A stretch of DNA of 64,000 nucleotides from an uncultured virus (IMG/VR IMGVR_UViG_3300028920_000053). Taxonomy: Duplodnaviria > Heunggongvirae > Uroviricota > Caudoviricetes. The notes under the pieces are model-generated. The model had not been told where the DNA came from. It made no database searches and saw nothing but the letters and a program-made list of their open reading frames with translations. Below, one piece after another: positions 53,951-63,367 of the stretch. The stretch is taken from IMG/VR virus record IMGVR_UViG_3300028920_000053; one strand, written 5' to 3'. Within the stretch, counting starts at the first letter, position 1. Every line of letters starts with the position of its first letter. Made by a program: the position numbers and the translations under genes.

Positions 53951-55567
53951 ATGCCCAACCAGAAGAGGATCGTCATCAACACGCGCGAGCGAGCTGTCAG
54001 CAGCGACATCAACCGGCTGCAGGCATTCGCTGCCGACGAGCGGATGGAGCTCGCGAGGTACTGGCTCGGAGAGCCCACGCTATACGAGGTCCCCAGCTCG
54101 AAGAACCTCATCACCAACAGCCTGGTCCTGAACGGCCTGCTGGTGAGGCCGGATCCCGACACGCACGTGACGATCGATCCCGGGGCGATGATAACGGTGG
54201 ACCCCTCGCTCGCCGGGGCGGACGACAACGACGTCGTGATGGCTGTATCGAAGTCCGGGCTGACGACGACAACGCTGGCCTTCGTGCCGAATGTCTCGGG
54301 CTCGACGAGGATCGACGTCTTCGAGTGCCGGCCGGCAGCCGAGACGCCCGAGACATCGAACCGGGACATCTACGATCCCGCCACCGGGCTATTCTCGCCC
54401 AGCTCGATCAACAAGGTCCAGCAGCTCGGGCTGGAGTTCCGGGTCCGGAACGGCGCGCCTGGATTAGCGGACGACACGGACTGGCTCCCCCTCGCGGTCG
54501 CGTTCGTCAAGACGACCGACACAGGATACTCGACCTGCGACTTCTTCGATGTGCGCCCGATCATCAGCGAGCGGGACAACCTGACGAAGAGGTCGGGGCT
54601 TTCGCGCGGACTCACCTTTATGAACTTCAACGTCGTGACCGTGAACAGGATCACGGGGACGGCGCGCGGGGTCGTGAAGGGGTTCCGCGTGCTCAGCTCC
54701 GAGCATGTGACCCAGCACCAGCGGACGACGCCCGTCAGCAGCGGGACCGAGTTCGGGAACACGACGGGGCCCGATGGGGGCGCGGCAGTCAATGGGATCT
54801 TCTGGACGGCGGACAACCTCGCGGCGGGGCTGTCGCCGTCGAACGGCGACCTCGTGATGCTCGTCGCGATGTTCCCGGCCCTGTCGAGCGAGTCCCTACC
54901 CCGATGGCAGAGGTACTCGCAGACGGCCTCGCCTCGCGAGCCGGTGGGTCCGTGCGGGATCTACTGCTTCCAGCCGGAGTCCGTGCAGCTCGAAGACGGT
55001 AGCTGCACGGGTGCCGTCCTTCCTTCCCACATGAGCATGCTGGATTCGTCGAGCGGGTTCGGGCTGATCGTCGGGTTCGCCTGGTTCGACAATGGCGGCT
55101 CGCCCTTCTACCAGACCCGATCGAAAGGCGGATGGATCCATCCACCCGAGCGGGACAGCGGTGTGATGCCCGAGATCGAGGCATCGGCAGTCCAGCCGCT
55201 CAACGTGCAATGGAACGACTTCTCTCCATGGACGAACAAGATCCCCGCCTTCTGCCAAGGGTGGGACATCACGGCCAACATCGCGTTGAATGACGACGTT
55301 GGAGGAGGGACGGGGTACGCCGCCTGGTCGCTGTTCGGCAACAGCAACGTCGCGGGCAGGACCCCCATGGTCAGGAGGGTGGCCATTTCGATCCCGGCTC
55401 CCACGACGGGCTTCCGATACTTCTCAATTTCAGGAGTGACCCACGAGAAGCCGGTCAGCATCCGGGCTGAGATTGAGGGGTTGCGGGTCGCGCCCACCGA
55501 CCCCGACCCGACGCTGACCAACCAGCTCCTCACCCTCAACAGGATCAAGTATTGGCCCATTGAGTGA
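53951..55567 (+). CDS. Tail fibre or baseplate-attached receptor-binding protein
   Basis: ER..S.D.N.LQ N-terminus, RID motif, variable C-terminus. Confidence 0.6.
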   Translation: MPNQKRIVINTRERAVSSDINRLQAFAADERMELARYWLGEPTLYEVPSSKNLITNSLVLNGLLVRPDPDTHVTIDPGAMITVDPSLAGADDNDVVMAVSKSGLTTTTLAFVPNVSGSTRIDVFECRPAAETPETSNRDIYDPATGLFSPSSINKVQQLGLEFRVRNGAPGLADDTDWLPLAVAFVKTTDTGYSTCDFFDVRPIISERDNLTKRSGLSRGLTFMNFNVVTVNRITGTARGVVKGFRVLSSEHVTQHQRTTPVSSGTEFGNTTGPDGGAAVNGIFWTADNLAAGLSPSNGDLVMLVAMFPALSSESLPRWQRYSQTASPREPVGPCGIYCFQPESVQLEDGSCTGAVLPSHMSMLDSSSGFGLIVGFAWFDNGGSPFYQTRSKGGWIHPPERDSGVMPEIEASAVQPLNVQWNDFSPWTNKIPAFCQGWDITANIALNDDVGGGTGYAAWSLFGNSNVAGRTPMVRRVAISIPAPTTGFRYFSISGVTHEKPVSIRAEIEGLRVAPTDPDPTLTNQLLTLNRIKYWPIE

Positions 55568-55833
55568 TGGATCCTGCGTCGCTCCTGGTCTGGCTCACGA
55601 AGGCCGGCCCCTACGCGGTCACGGCGATCGTGTTGGTGTGGCTCAAGCTGGAGAGGGCCGAGCGGCTGGCGGCGCAGGAGGACGCGCGCAAGCTGCGGGA
55701 CGAGCGGGCGGCGGACCTGAAGGAAGGGGCGGAGGCGCTCGCGGAGCTCGGCGAGGCGACGCGCAGGAGGATACGCGAGCACGACGATCGGATCGAGGAA
55801 GTCCTGACTTTCGTCAGGAGGGGGGACGGATGA
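55567..55833 (+). CDS. Holin-like single-TM protein
   Basis: N-terminal TM plus coiled coil, after the tail genes. Confidence 0.5.
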   Translation: MDPASLLVWLTKAGPYAVTAIVLVWLKLERAERLAAQEDARKLRDERAADLKEGAEALAELGEATRRRIREHDDRIEEVLTFVRRGDG

Positions 55834-56054
55834 CTATCATGGACGCCGTCAGGACAATTTTCGGGGTCAGCAGGGAACCGGCCAGGGACAGCCGGCACGA
55901 CGCTCTGCGGGTCGCCTACCACCGGGCAGCCTTCCAGGTAAGGCAAGCGGCCCGCGACATCTCACTGACCGGCCTCGAGCACGGGATCGACAGGAGCGAC
56001 GAGCTGATGCACGAGGCGCTGGCAGCGAAGCGGAGGGAACGCCACCATGAATGA
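55830..56054 (+). CDS. Hypothetical protein
   Basis: ATGA coupling. Confidence 0.5.
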   Translation: MTIMDAVRTIFGVSREPARDSRHDALRVAYHRAAFQVRQAARDISLTGLEHGIDRSDELMHEALAAKRRERHHE

Positions 56055-56565
56055 GCACGATCGAAGGTTGAAGTCGCTACAGGATCCGCCCGTTCACGAG
56101 TCGGACAGGCCCCCTCCGACGGTCGACCCGGACAAGCTGCTGCACGCGTGGAACGAGATGACGGGCGTCCTCCGAGACCTGGTCGCGGCCATCCGCTCGA
56201 ACGAGCTGGACAACGACCGCACCCGCCGGGACAACCGCAACACTCGGCTCGTCGTCGTCGCGGCCACGCTCGCGGGCGCCGGGCTCGTGGCGGGGCTAAG
56301 TGTCAACAACTACCTGACGATCCAGTCGATGCGCGTGGCGGCGGAAGAGGATCGCCAGCTCCTGATGAAGACGGCCGAGGACTCGTCCGCGACGCTCAAG
56401 GCGATGCGATCGATCGTCGAAGCGGTCGGCGCCAAGGTGGAAGCGGACACGACGGGCGAGGCCCCCGCACAGGAGGAGGCCCGCGTCAAGGCGATCGAGG
56501 CGAGGGTCCAGGTGATGCGGGCGCAGGCCGAGGTCGAGGAAGACGCCGGGAAAGTCGAGGAGTGA
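56047..56565 (+). CDS. Membrane-anchored coiled-coil protein (possibly lysis-related)
   Basis: Central TM LVVVAATLAGAGLVAGL, then coiled coil. Confidence 0.55.
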   Translation: MNEHDRRLKSLQDPPVHESDRPPPTVDPDKLLHAWNEMTGVLRDLVAAIRSNELDNDRTRRDNRNTRLVVVAATLAGAGLVAGLSVNNYLTIQSMRVAAEEDRQLLMKTAEDSSATLKAMRSIVEAVGAKVEADTTGEAPAQEEARVKAIEARVQVMRAQAEVEEDAGKVEE

Positions 56566-56867
56566 TGGAAGAACGAGACTTTGACATGGTGGCCATGCGG
56601 GAGGCGGAGCGGAAGCTGGACGAGCAGCGGCTCCCCCTGGAAGCAGATCGATCTGCTTCCCCGCAGATCGGTTTCTACTCCGACTCGCAGCACACCGTCC
56701 GGGTCAGAAAGCCCGACGGCAGCGAGGAAGAGGTCACCGTGGCGGGCCAGGCTCTCCGGCAGATCGCCGCCATGCAGCGCGCCGGATTCCGCAGCGTCAG
56801 CGGGACGAATCGTCGGATGCGACGCGCCAACGGGCAGCTCCCGAAGAAGAAACGGCGCCGCCCCTAG
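56565..56867 (+). CDS. Hypothetical protein with basic C-terminus
   Basis: TGATG coupling; NRRMRR motif. Confidence 0.6.
   Translation: MEERDFDMVAMREAERKLDEQRLPLEADRSASPQIGFYSDSQHTVRVRKPDGSEEEVTVAGQALRQIAAMQRAGFRSVSGTNRRMRRANGQLPKKKRRRP
56640..56659. promoter_or_regulatory. Dispersed palindrome copy 6 (intragenic, EADRSAS)
   Basis: Exact 20-mer; symmetry extends to 22 bp. Confidence 0.9.
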
Positions 56868-57008
56868 ACCCGGGCCGATCCGCGCCGCATAATGTCAATG
56901 GGTTCAGCCGTCGTGCTGCCCCCGCCGTGCCTCTCGCATGGTTAACGTCCACCGCGCCCCGCCTGGCATCAGCTGGTCGGGGCGCGGCCTATTTGGTACC
57001 CTGCCCGC

Positions 57009-57422
57009 ATGGAAATGCCGACGAACTGGATCGAGCTGGGCGTGATGGTCTTCCTGCCGCTGCTGACGGCCTTGCTGCTATGGACTTCGAGGAAGCTGGA
57101 AGCCGCGATCCTCCGGAATGTGAAGAACGAGGAGCTGAAGGTCACCCTGCTTCGATTGAACGACGAGGTCTTCGACGTCGTCGGCGAGGTCAAGCAGACG
57201 ATGGCCGATCGGATGAAGGAAGCGAGCCAGGACGGGAAGCTGACCGAGCAGGAGCGCGAGCAGCTATTGTCGATCGCCGTCGGCAAGTGGAAGTCCCTAC
57301 AGGGTCCCGAAGGGGTCAGGCGAGTCCGCGAGATCCTCGGCATGGACGAGCAGGCGCTGGAGAAACGGCTGGTGCAGAAGATCGAGGCGGCTGTCGCCAA
57401 GCTGCCGCAGCGGATCGAGTGA
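57009..57422 (+). CDS. Holin-like protein (N-terminal TM, IEAAV C-terminus), probably leaderless
   Basis: TGG-TACCCT-N6-ATG; architecture resembles LL-H-type holins. Confidence 0.55.
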   Translation: MEMPTNWIELGVMVFLPLLTALLLWTSRKLEAAILRNVKNEELKVTLLRLNDEVFDVVGEVKQTMADRMKEASQDGKLTEQEREQLLSIAVGKWKSLQGPEGVRRVREILGMDEQALEKRLVQKIEAAVAKLPQRIE

Positions 57423-57641
57423 TGGATCCTCGGATCGGGCTCGCGCTATTCCTGCTATTGGTGGCGGTCATCATCGCGACGAGGGGCTAGCCCCTCCCCC
57501 TTCCCCCCCGTACCCCCCCTTCCCCCACCCGCGCGTGCACGCGCGAGGCTACCCTGGGTGGTGCTCACGCCGAGCAGCCCCTAGCGGGGCTGCGGGGGGC
57601 AGATGCCCCCGGGCCCGAAGGAACGCGGCATAAAGACCGAC

Positions 57642-59201
57642 ATGCCGAGGGCAGCAGAGATCCGGGTGGACAATCGACTGAGGATCGACGTCGACGACCT
57701 GCCGGACGATTGCGCTTCCGAGATGCGGGCGGCCTTCACTCATGAGAATCCGGATGCGGCCAAGCACAAGAAGATGGGGCTCCGGGGACGTCGCCCTCCG
57801 GAAACGATCCGGACCTGGCAGTTGTCGGGCTCGGACGAGCTGACGTTCCCTCGAGGCGGATGGCCGAAGGTTCGCGAGGCGATGCGGGACCACGGTCTCG
57901 GGTGGAGGATCGAGGACGGGAGGTGGTCGTCGCCGGTCGGAAAGCCGCTGAGCCTGCGGATCGATCCCTACCCCTTCCAGCAGACGATGGTCCGCTCGGC
58001 GATCGAGCGGGAGAACTGCCTGTGGCGCTCGCCGCCCGGCTCGGGCAAGACGACTGCGGCCCTGCTATTCATCGCCGAGATAGGCGAGCGGACGCTGGTC
58101 CTGGTCAACACGAACGTCCTGATGGACCAGTGGGTCCGTCGCGTCCGCGAGCAGCTCGGCATCGAGCCGGGCATCGTCCAGGGCAAGAAGTGGGAGCTGG
58201 ACAGGCCGGTCGTCATCGGCAGCGTGAAGACCGTCGTCAAGAAGCCGGGGCTCATCCGCGGCAGGTTCGGCGCCCTCGTGTGCGATGAGGTGCAGCTGTT
58301 CGCGGCCGACACTTTCCGGACGGTGGTGGAGGAGTCCGACGCTCGCTATCGCCTGGGGGTCTCGGGAGACGAGCGACGCGCCGACGGGAAGGAGTTCCTC
58401 ATCTACGACGCTTTTGGCGATGTCGCCGCCGAGGTGTCGGAGTCCGAGCTGATCGCCCAGGGCTTCCTCCACGAGGTCGACGTGCGGGTCCTGCCGACTT
58501 CATTCGAGGCGCCTTGGTGGGGGAAGCTGGGCCGGTCGAAGCGATCGTACAAGCGGAAGCTGGAGGCGTTCCACCGGCTGCTCGACGAGATGGCCGGAGA
58601 CGAGGCGAGGAACGCGGTCGCCCTGTGGGCCGTTCGGGAGTCGGTGGGCGAGCAGGGGCAGGTGCTGCTGCTGTCGAACCGTCGCGAGCACTGCCAGCAT
58701 CTTGAGCGGATCTGCCGGGCCGTCGGCTACTCGTCGGGGCTGCTCATCGGCGCCGAGTCGGCGGCCGAGCGCGAGGAGTACAAGCGGACGATCGCCAGGC
58801 TGGAGGCTCGCGAGCTCCAGGCCGTGGCGGGGACCTACCAGGCGATCGGGATCGGGTTCGATGTCCCTCACCTGGGGAGGGGAGTGTGCTGCACCCCGGT
58901 CGCGAATGATGCCAAGGGGCGGATGCAGTTCCGGCAGTTCCGGGGACGGCTCGCGCGTCGCAACACCGCCACCGAGGCGGCCGGGAAGGCCGACGCGGCA
59001 ATCTATTACCTGCTGGACGAGCGGGTGTTCGGGCTCCGGCCCCTGCAGAACCTTGTCCGGTGGAGCAAGCGAGTCTCCGTCTTCCATGGGGGGCGGTGGA
59101 TCGGTGGACGTGAATACCTGAAGGGAGCGAGCAGCCGTGAGGAAGCGAAGCGAGAAGCCGAAGACCGAGAGTTCGAGGACCTCTTCTCGGGGAACAGCTG
59201 A
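57642..59201 (+). CDS. Superfamily 2 helicase
   Basis: PYPFQ Q-motif, SPPGSGKT, CDEVQ, GFDVP.L, QFRGRL.R. Confidence 0.9.
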   Translation: MPRAAEIRVDNRLRIDVDDLPDDCASEMRAAFTHENPDAAKHKKMGLRGRRPPETIRTWQLSGSDELTFPRGGWPKVREAMRDHGLGWRIEDGRWSSPVGKPLSLRIDPYPFQQTMVRSAIERENCLWRSPPGSGKTTAALLFIAEIGERTLVLVNTNVLMDQWVRRVREQLGIEPGIVQGKKWELDRPVVIGSVKTVVKKPGLIRGRFGALVCDEVQLFAADTFRTVVEESDARYRLGVSGDERRADGKEFLIYDAFGDVAAEVSESELIAQGFLHEVDVRVLPTSFEAPWWGKLGRSKRSYKRKLEAFHRLLDEMAGDEARNAVALWAVRESVGEQGQVLLLSNRREHCQHLERICRAVGYSSGLLIGAESAAEREEYKRTIARLEARELQAVAGTYQAIGIGFDVPHLGRGVCCTPVANDAKGRMQFRQFRGRLARRNTATEAAGKADAAIYYLLDERVFGLRPLQNLVRWSKRVSVFHGGRWIGGREYLKGASSREEAKREAEDREFEDLFSGNS

Positions 59202-59598
59202 CGCCGAAGTAGATCGATCTGCTTCGGAGGACAGCATCCACACCGGGCATGCGGAAGGCCTGCTCGCTAGGCACGAGGCGCGGAGGTTGGCGGGGGAAGC
59301 CGCGGGACATGCCGACGCGTTGTCGGGACTCGGGCCCGGCGACGTGGTGACGGTGACCAAGGGCAAGGAAGTCTTCTTCCCCGTCAAGTTCAATGGGTTC
59401 GATGTGGGGCCGCTGTCTGCGACGACGGTCATCCGCGAAGGGGAGGACTCGGGCGAGGCATACAGCCGGGCCCGGTCTTCGCTGGAGGTCCTCTTCCGGG
59501 TCGAGTACGAGCTGGCGGCCAAGGAATACTTCGAGCGGCTCGCGGACGTCCAGGCCAGGGCGGACAAGTCCCCCGCCACGCGGAAGGCCGGACGGTGA
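59137..59598 (+). CDS. Hypothetical protein (start uncertain)
   Basis: Coding-like C-terminal half; overlaps the helicase end. Confidence 0.55.
   Translation: MRKRSEKPKTESSRTSSRGTADAEVDRSASEDSIHTGHAEGLLARHEARRLAGEAAGHADALSGLGPGDVVTVTKGKEVFFPVKFNGFDVGPLSATTVIREGEDSGEAYSRARSSLEVLFRVEYELAAKEYFERLADVQARADKSPATRKAGR
59206..59225. promoter_or_regulatory. Dispersed palindrome copy 7 (one mismatch, GAAGTAGATCGATCTGCTTC)
   Basis: Just after the helicase stop; flanked by CC/GG. Confidence 0.85.
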
Positions 59599-59599
59599 C

Positions 59600-60115
59600 A
59601 TGCCAAGGCGGATCAAGCGGTTCGCGCCTCCGGGACAGGAGGATCTGGTTGGTGACACTTCTCGGCCGATGGAGAAGAAGGCGAGGAAGAAGCGGCAGCC
59701 GAGCGCGGCGGACAAGCGGCGACAGCTGATGCTCGTCACGGTCGAGGCGCTCGACCTGCTGGAAGCGGACAAGCGAGACGAGGACGCATTCGAGCAGGTC
59801 GAGCCGAGGATCTTCGTGGGCATACACGCATATTTCTACGAGCAGATCCTCGGGGTATTCCCGGACGACCTGGCGAAGGACTACCCGAAGGCGGTCGGCG
59901 CCGCGCGTCGGATGCTGCGCGATGACTTCCGGGGCTCCTCGCCTCGGATGCTGTCCTTCGTCAAGTGGGCCTGGCGCCGCGAGCGCGAGCGGGAGCGCCG
60001 GCGCAGCTCGGATGGACAGGGCGCCCGGCTGACCTGGCAGCGGCTGTTCGGCCCCTACGTCCTGCAGGACTGGCGGGTCGACCAGGCGCGGGTCGGGAAG
60101 CGGAGGAAGCGATGA
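59600..60115 (+). CDS. Hypothetical replication-module protein
   Basis: Helical basic protein upstream of the DnaB-like gene. Confidence 0.55.
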   Translation: MPRRIKRFAPPGQEDLVGDTSRPMEKKARKKRQPSAADKRRQLMLVTVEALDLLEADKRDEDAFEQVEPRIFVGIHAYFYEQILGVFPDDLAKDYPKAVGAARRMLRDDFRGSSPRMLSFVKWAWRRERERERRRSSDGQGARLTWQRLFGPYVLQDWRVDQARVGKRRKR

Positions 60116-60381
60116 GCGCGTTCAGCCGCTACACTTGCGACGGGATGATCGTGGGCGACTCCGAGGGCCGGCTGTATCGGGTCCACGATCCGAGATGGTG
60201 GCAGGTCCACCGGCTGCTGTGGTGGCTCGCCGTCGTGGTCCTCGGCAGGTGGCCGCTGGTGAGGGCGGCGCTCGACCTCCCGCCGATGGGGACGATGGAC
60301 GTTGAGACCAGGACGGGCAAGCACCGGCTCCGGATCTACGGGTGCGGGCAGATGCGGGGCGGGAGGCCCGAGCTGCACTAA
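60112..60381 (+). CDS. Hypothetical protein
   Basis: ATGA and TAATG coupling. Confidence 0.5.
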   Translation: MSAFSRYTCDGMIVGDSEGRLYRVHDPRWWQVHRLLWWLAVVVLGRWPLVRAALDLPPMGTMDVETRTGKHRLRIYGCGQMRGGRPELH

Positions 60382-61874
60382 TGGCCCGGCGTAGCGAGGC
60401 GGGAAGCCGACGGCGCCGTCGGGAGCGTGAGGAGCGCGCCCCCGAGGTGGTCGTCCCCCACGACCCGGTCAACGAGATGGTCCTGCTGGCGGCGGCCGCC
60501 GTCGGGCCCGGCAAGGAGCTGACCCGATCCATCCCGTCGGACGCCTTCTTCGGGAAGCACCATGCGGAGCTGTGGCGGGCGATGGCCGAGGCCGGCAGAC
60601 GGGGGCTCGACTACGACCCGGCGACCCTGCGGACTCTCGGGGCGAGCGAGAATGCGGCCGAGCTGCTGGAGGGCTATGTCCAGGAAAGGCCCGAGGCCCC
60701 CCCGAATCTGAAACACCACGTCGAGATGGTCATGTGGGACAGGTGTCGGGTGCAGTCGGCGAAGGGTCCGGTCGCGACGTTCCTCGAAGCGTTGCGGGAT
60801 CCCCGAGCCGATCCCGAGAGGGTCCGCACGCTGGCCCGGCAAGTGGGCGACGGGTTCGGGCTCGGGACGACGAAGTTCCTGCGGGACTCCGACCAGGTCG
60901 TGGCGGCGCAGAGTAAGGTGCTGACCGAGCGGCGCTCCGGGATCGCCTGCTACCCCTACGGGATCGAGGGGCTCGACTTCTACGGCGAGGACGACCAGCG
61001 GGATGGCGAGACTCTCGACGGCAGGCCGCGGATGATCCCGGGCTCCGCGCCCGGGAAGCTGACCCTGGTCTGCGGGGTCTCGGGGTGCGGCAAGACGACG
61101 ATGGTCGCCCGCATGGCGATAGCTTGGGCGAGGGCTCGGCGTCGCGTCCTGTACGGGGCATGGGAACAGGGAAGCGGGAACACCCTGGAGCTGCTCGCGG
61201 CGATGAGCCTCGGGTGGTCGAGGTCCGACCTCATGGAGGGGAGCTACCGGGAGGAAGACCAGCGCGAGCTGGAAGCGGAGATGCGCGAGCTGGGCCGCTA
61301 CCTCATCTTCTTCGAGCTGCCATTCCAGCGCGAGACGGGGGATCGGAACCTCCGCTACAACGACGAGACCCTCGACGTCATTCAGGAACACATCCAGCGT
61401 GCGACCCCGGAGGTGTTCATCGCCGACCTGTTCCGCAAGGCGCTGCCGCAGCGGAAGCCGGACGACGAGGAGCGGGCCCTCGACCGAATGCAGACGATGA
61501 TGGACGAGGAGAAGTGCCACGGGCTCATCGTCCACCAGATCAAGCTGAAGGAGCTGGAGCAGAGGCCCGACAAGCGGCCCACGCGCGACGTCGTGAAGGG
61601 AAGCGGCGGGTGGATCGAGACTCCGGACACGGTGCTCGCGATCCATCGCGACGCACTCTTCAAGTCGGTCGAGGACGACACCGTGCAGGCGCTGGTCCTG
61701 AAGCAGCGGTACGGTCCATGGCCGCTCGCGGTCGAGCTGGACTACGAGCCCGAGTATGGGGTCATCGAGAACGGCAGGAGCGTCAGCTACATGAGGCCCG
61801 GCGAGACAACGGAGATGGACTCGCACCTGGACGAGACCATCAGGGGTCGCGTCGGGAGGAAGCGTGGGTCGTAG
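60381..61874 (+). CDS. dnaB: DnaB-like replicative helicase
   Basis: N-terminal E..LL...F....H..LW domain, GVSGCGKT, HQI, RP...D.KGSG..E..D.V..IHR, KQRYGP. Confidence 0.88.
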   Translation: MARRSEAGSRRRRREREERAPEVVVPHDPVNEMVLLAAAAVGPGKELTRSIPSDAFFGKHHAELWRAMAEAGRRGLDYDPATLRTLGASENAAELLEGYVQERPEAPPNLKHHVEMVMWDRCRVQSAKGPVATFLEALRDPRADPERVRTLARQVGDGFGLGTTKFLRDSDQVVAAQSKVLTERRSGIACYPYGIEGLDFYGEDDQRDGETLDGRPRMIPGSAPGKLTLVCGVSGCGKTTMVARMAIAWARARRRVLYGAWEQGSGNTLELLAAMSLGWSRSDLMEGSYREEDQRELEAEMRELGRYLIFFELPFQRETGDRNLRYNDETLDVIQEHIQRATPEVFIADLFRKALPQRKPDDEERALDRMQTMMDEEKCHGLIVHQIKLKELEQRPDKRPTRDVVKGSGGWIETPDTVLAIHRDALFKSVEDDTVQALVLKQRYGPWPLAVELDYEPEYGVIENGRSVSYMRPGETTEMDSHLDETIRGRVGRKRGS

Positions 61875-62844
61875 GCCGAGGGCGGACGTCCCGGACCTGC
61901 TCGAGGCGCTCGGCATCGACGCCAGCGGTCCGCAGGCTGGAGGCTACTACTGGGCGAGCTGCCCGAGCCCTGAACACCGCGACAGCGATCCGAGCTGGAG
62001 GATCCTGGACGACCCGGGCGATCCCGACCATGCGAGGCATCACTGCTTCGGGTGCGGCTTCGGAGGATACCCGGTCCACCTGGTCGAGGCGGTGCTGTAC
62101 TCCCACGTCGACGACGAGGAGGAGCGCCGCGAGATGGCGCGCGAGTGGCTGGATGGGGCGCGCGAGGCGGCGGTCCCGCTGGAGGTGCGGGTCGAGGTGG
62201 CGCCCACCCGGGCCCGTCGCGAGCTGCGGATGCCGGGAGGTGTCAAGTTCAAGCCCCTCGACAGGTGGCCGAAGCCGGCGCGGCAGTATGCCCTCGGACG
62301 AGGACTCGAAGCGTGGCAGGTGACGAGGTGGGGACTCGGGTATGCGGCGGAGGGGCGGCTGCGCGGGCGTCTCGTCTTTCCTGTCCGAGATGGCGGGGGG
62401 AAGCTGATCGGGTACACCGCCCGCAGCTTCACGGGGGCGCGCCGCAAGTACCTGGAGCCGAGCGAGGGAGACGGGGCGACGCCGGGCGCGGTGTTCGGCG
62501 AGCAGCACTGGCCCCCTCCCGAGCGACGGAGGATCGTCGTCGCGGCGGAGGGGGCGCTCGACGTCCTGGCGGTCGAGCGGATGGTCCGGCTGCCGATCGC
62601 GGGGCTGTACGGATCCAACCTGGCGAGCCGGCACATCCAGCGGCTCAGCACCTTCGGCGTCGTGGTGATGGCGAGCGATCCCGACGCAGCGGGCGATGGG
62701 GTCGCTGGCGCCGTGTCGGAAGCGCTCGCTCGGTGGGTCGAGGTGCGGCGCCTGACGCTACCGACGGGGACCGACTGTGCTAGCCTGTGGGTCGAGGATC
62801 GCGGGAGGTTCTGCGAGCTGCTGAGGAGCGTGCTCATTGGCTAA
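61864..62844 (+). CDS. dnaG: DnaG-like primase
   Basis: CP..H.D.DPS...HCFGC Zn finger, RLVFP, GY.AR, KY, Toprim EG.LD and DPD.AG. Confidence 0.88.
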   Translation: MGRRPRADVPDLLEALGIDASGPQAGGYYWASCPSPEHRDSDPSWRILDDPGDPDHARHHCFGCGFGGYPVHLVEAVLYSHVDDEEERREMAREWLDGAREAAVPLEVRVEVAPTRARRELRMPGGVKFKPLDRWPKPARQYALGRGLEAWQVTRWGLGYAAEGRLRGRLVFPVRDGGGKLIGYTARSFTGARRKYLEPSEGDGATPGAVFGEQHWPPPERRRIVVAAEGALDVLAVERMVRLPIAGLYGSNLASRHIQRLSTFGVVVMASDPDAAGDGVAGAVSEALARWVEVRRLTLPTGTDCASLWVEDRGRFCELLRSVLIG

Positions 62845-63085
62845 CAAGCAGACGGGAATCGGGCTGATGTTCAGGCGCAGCCAGGACGATGCCGTGGGCG
62901 AGCTCCGCGAGGTCATCGACCGGTGCGGCGGACGCATCACGCGGATGGCCGAGGACCTGCTCATCTCGCGCCGCCACTTGTACCGGCTGCTCGATCGTGC
63001 GAACCTCTGGGAAGAAGTCGAGGCTGCCCGCAAGCGAGCGAGGGCGCCCCTAGATCCGGAGACACGACAATGGACGAGCAGCTGA
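62837..63085 (+). CDS. Fis-type HTH protein
   Basis: GGRITRMAEDLLISRRHLYRLL. Confidence 0.72.
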   Translation: MANKQTGIGLMFRRSQDDAVGELREVIDRCGGRITRMAEDLLISRRHLYRLLDRANLWEEVEAARKRARAPLDPETRQWTSS

Positions 63086-63243
63086 AGTCCCGCCTGGCGG
63101 CGGCGTGCCAGGGAATGACGGCCGAGGAGATCCAGGGGGCCATCGAGCAGTCGGCCATCGCAGGCCAAGTGCCCGATCCCGCCAAGCTGGCCGCATATAT
63201 CCTGGAAGAATGCGGCGAAGAAGGCCCCGAATCGGGCTACTAG
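63070..63243 (+). CDS. Small acidic hypothetical protein
   Basis: RBS GGAG, ATG 63070. Confidence 0.5.
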   Translation: MDEQLKSRLAAACQGMTAEEIQGAIEQSAIAGQVPDPAKLAAYILEECGEEGPESGY

Positions 63244-63287
63244 CCGGGAGATCGGGCCTATCCTGACCGACCTGCCAGGGAAACGCC

Positions 63288-63323
63288 TTGGCGTGGCGGC
63301 CATTCGTGGTTAATGTGACATTA
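63288..63323 (+). promoter_or_regulatory. Promoter TTGGCG-17-TAATGT with overlapping inverted repeat TAATGT-G-ACATTA
   Basis: AT-rich island upstream of a strong RBS. Confidence 0.65.
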
Positions 63324-63367
63324 GACGTTAACCAAGAAGCCCCCCGATAGGGGGAGGAGAGGCCCCA

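Noticed and set aside
39038..55567. eCIS, T6SS or tailocin locus
   Set aside because: Linked to terminase, portal, capsid, tape measure and replication genes, so it is a complete myovirus morphogenesis module
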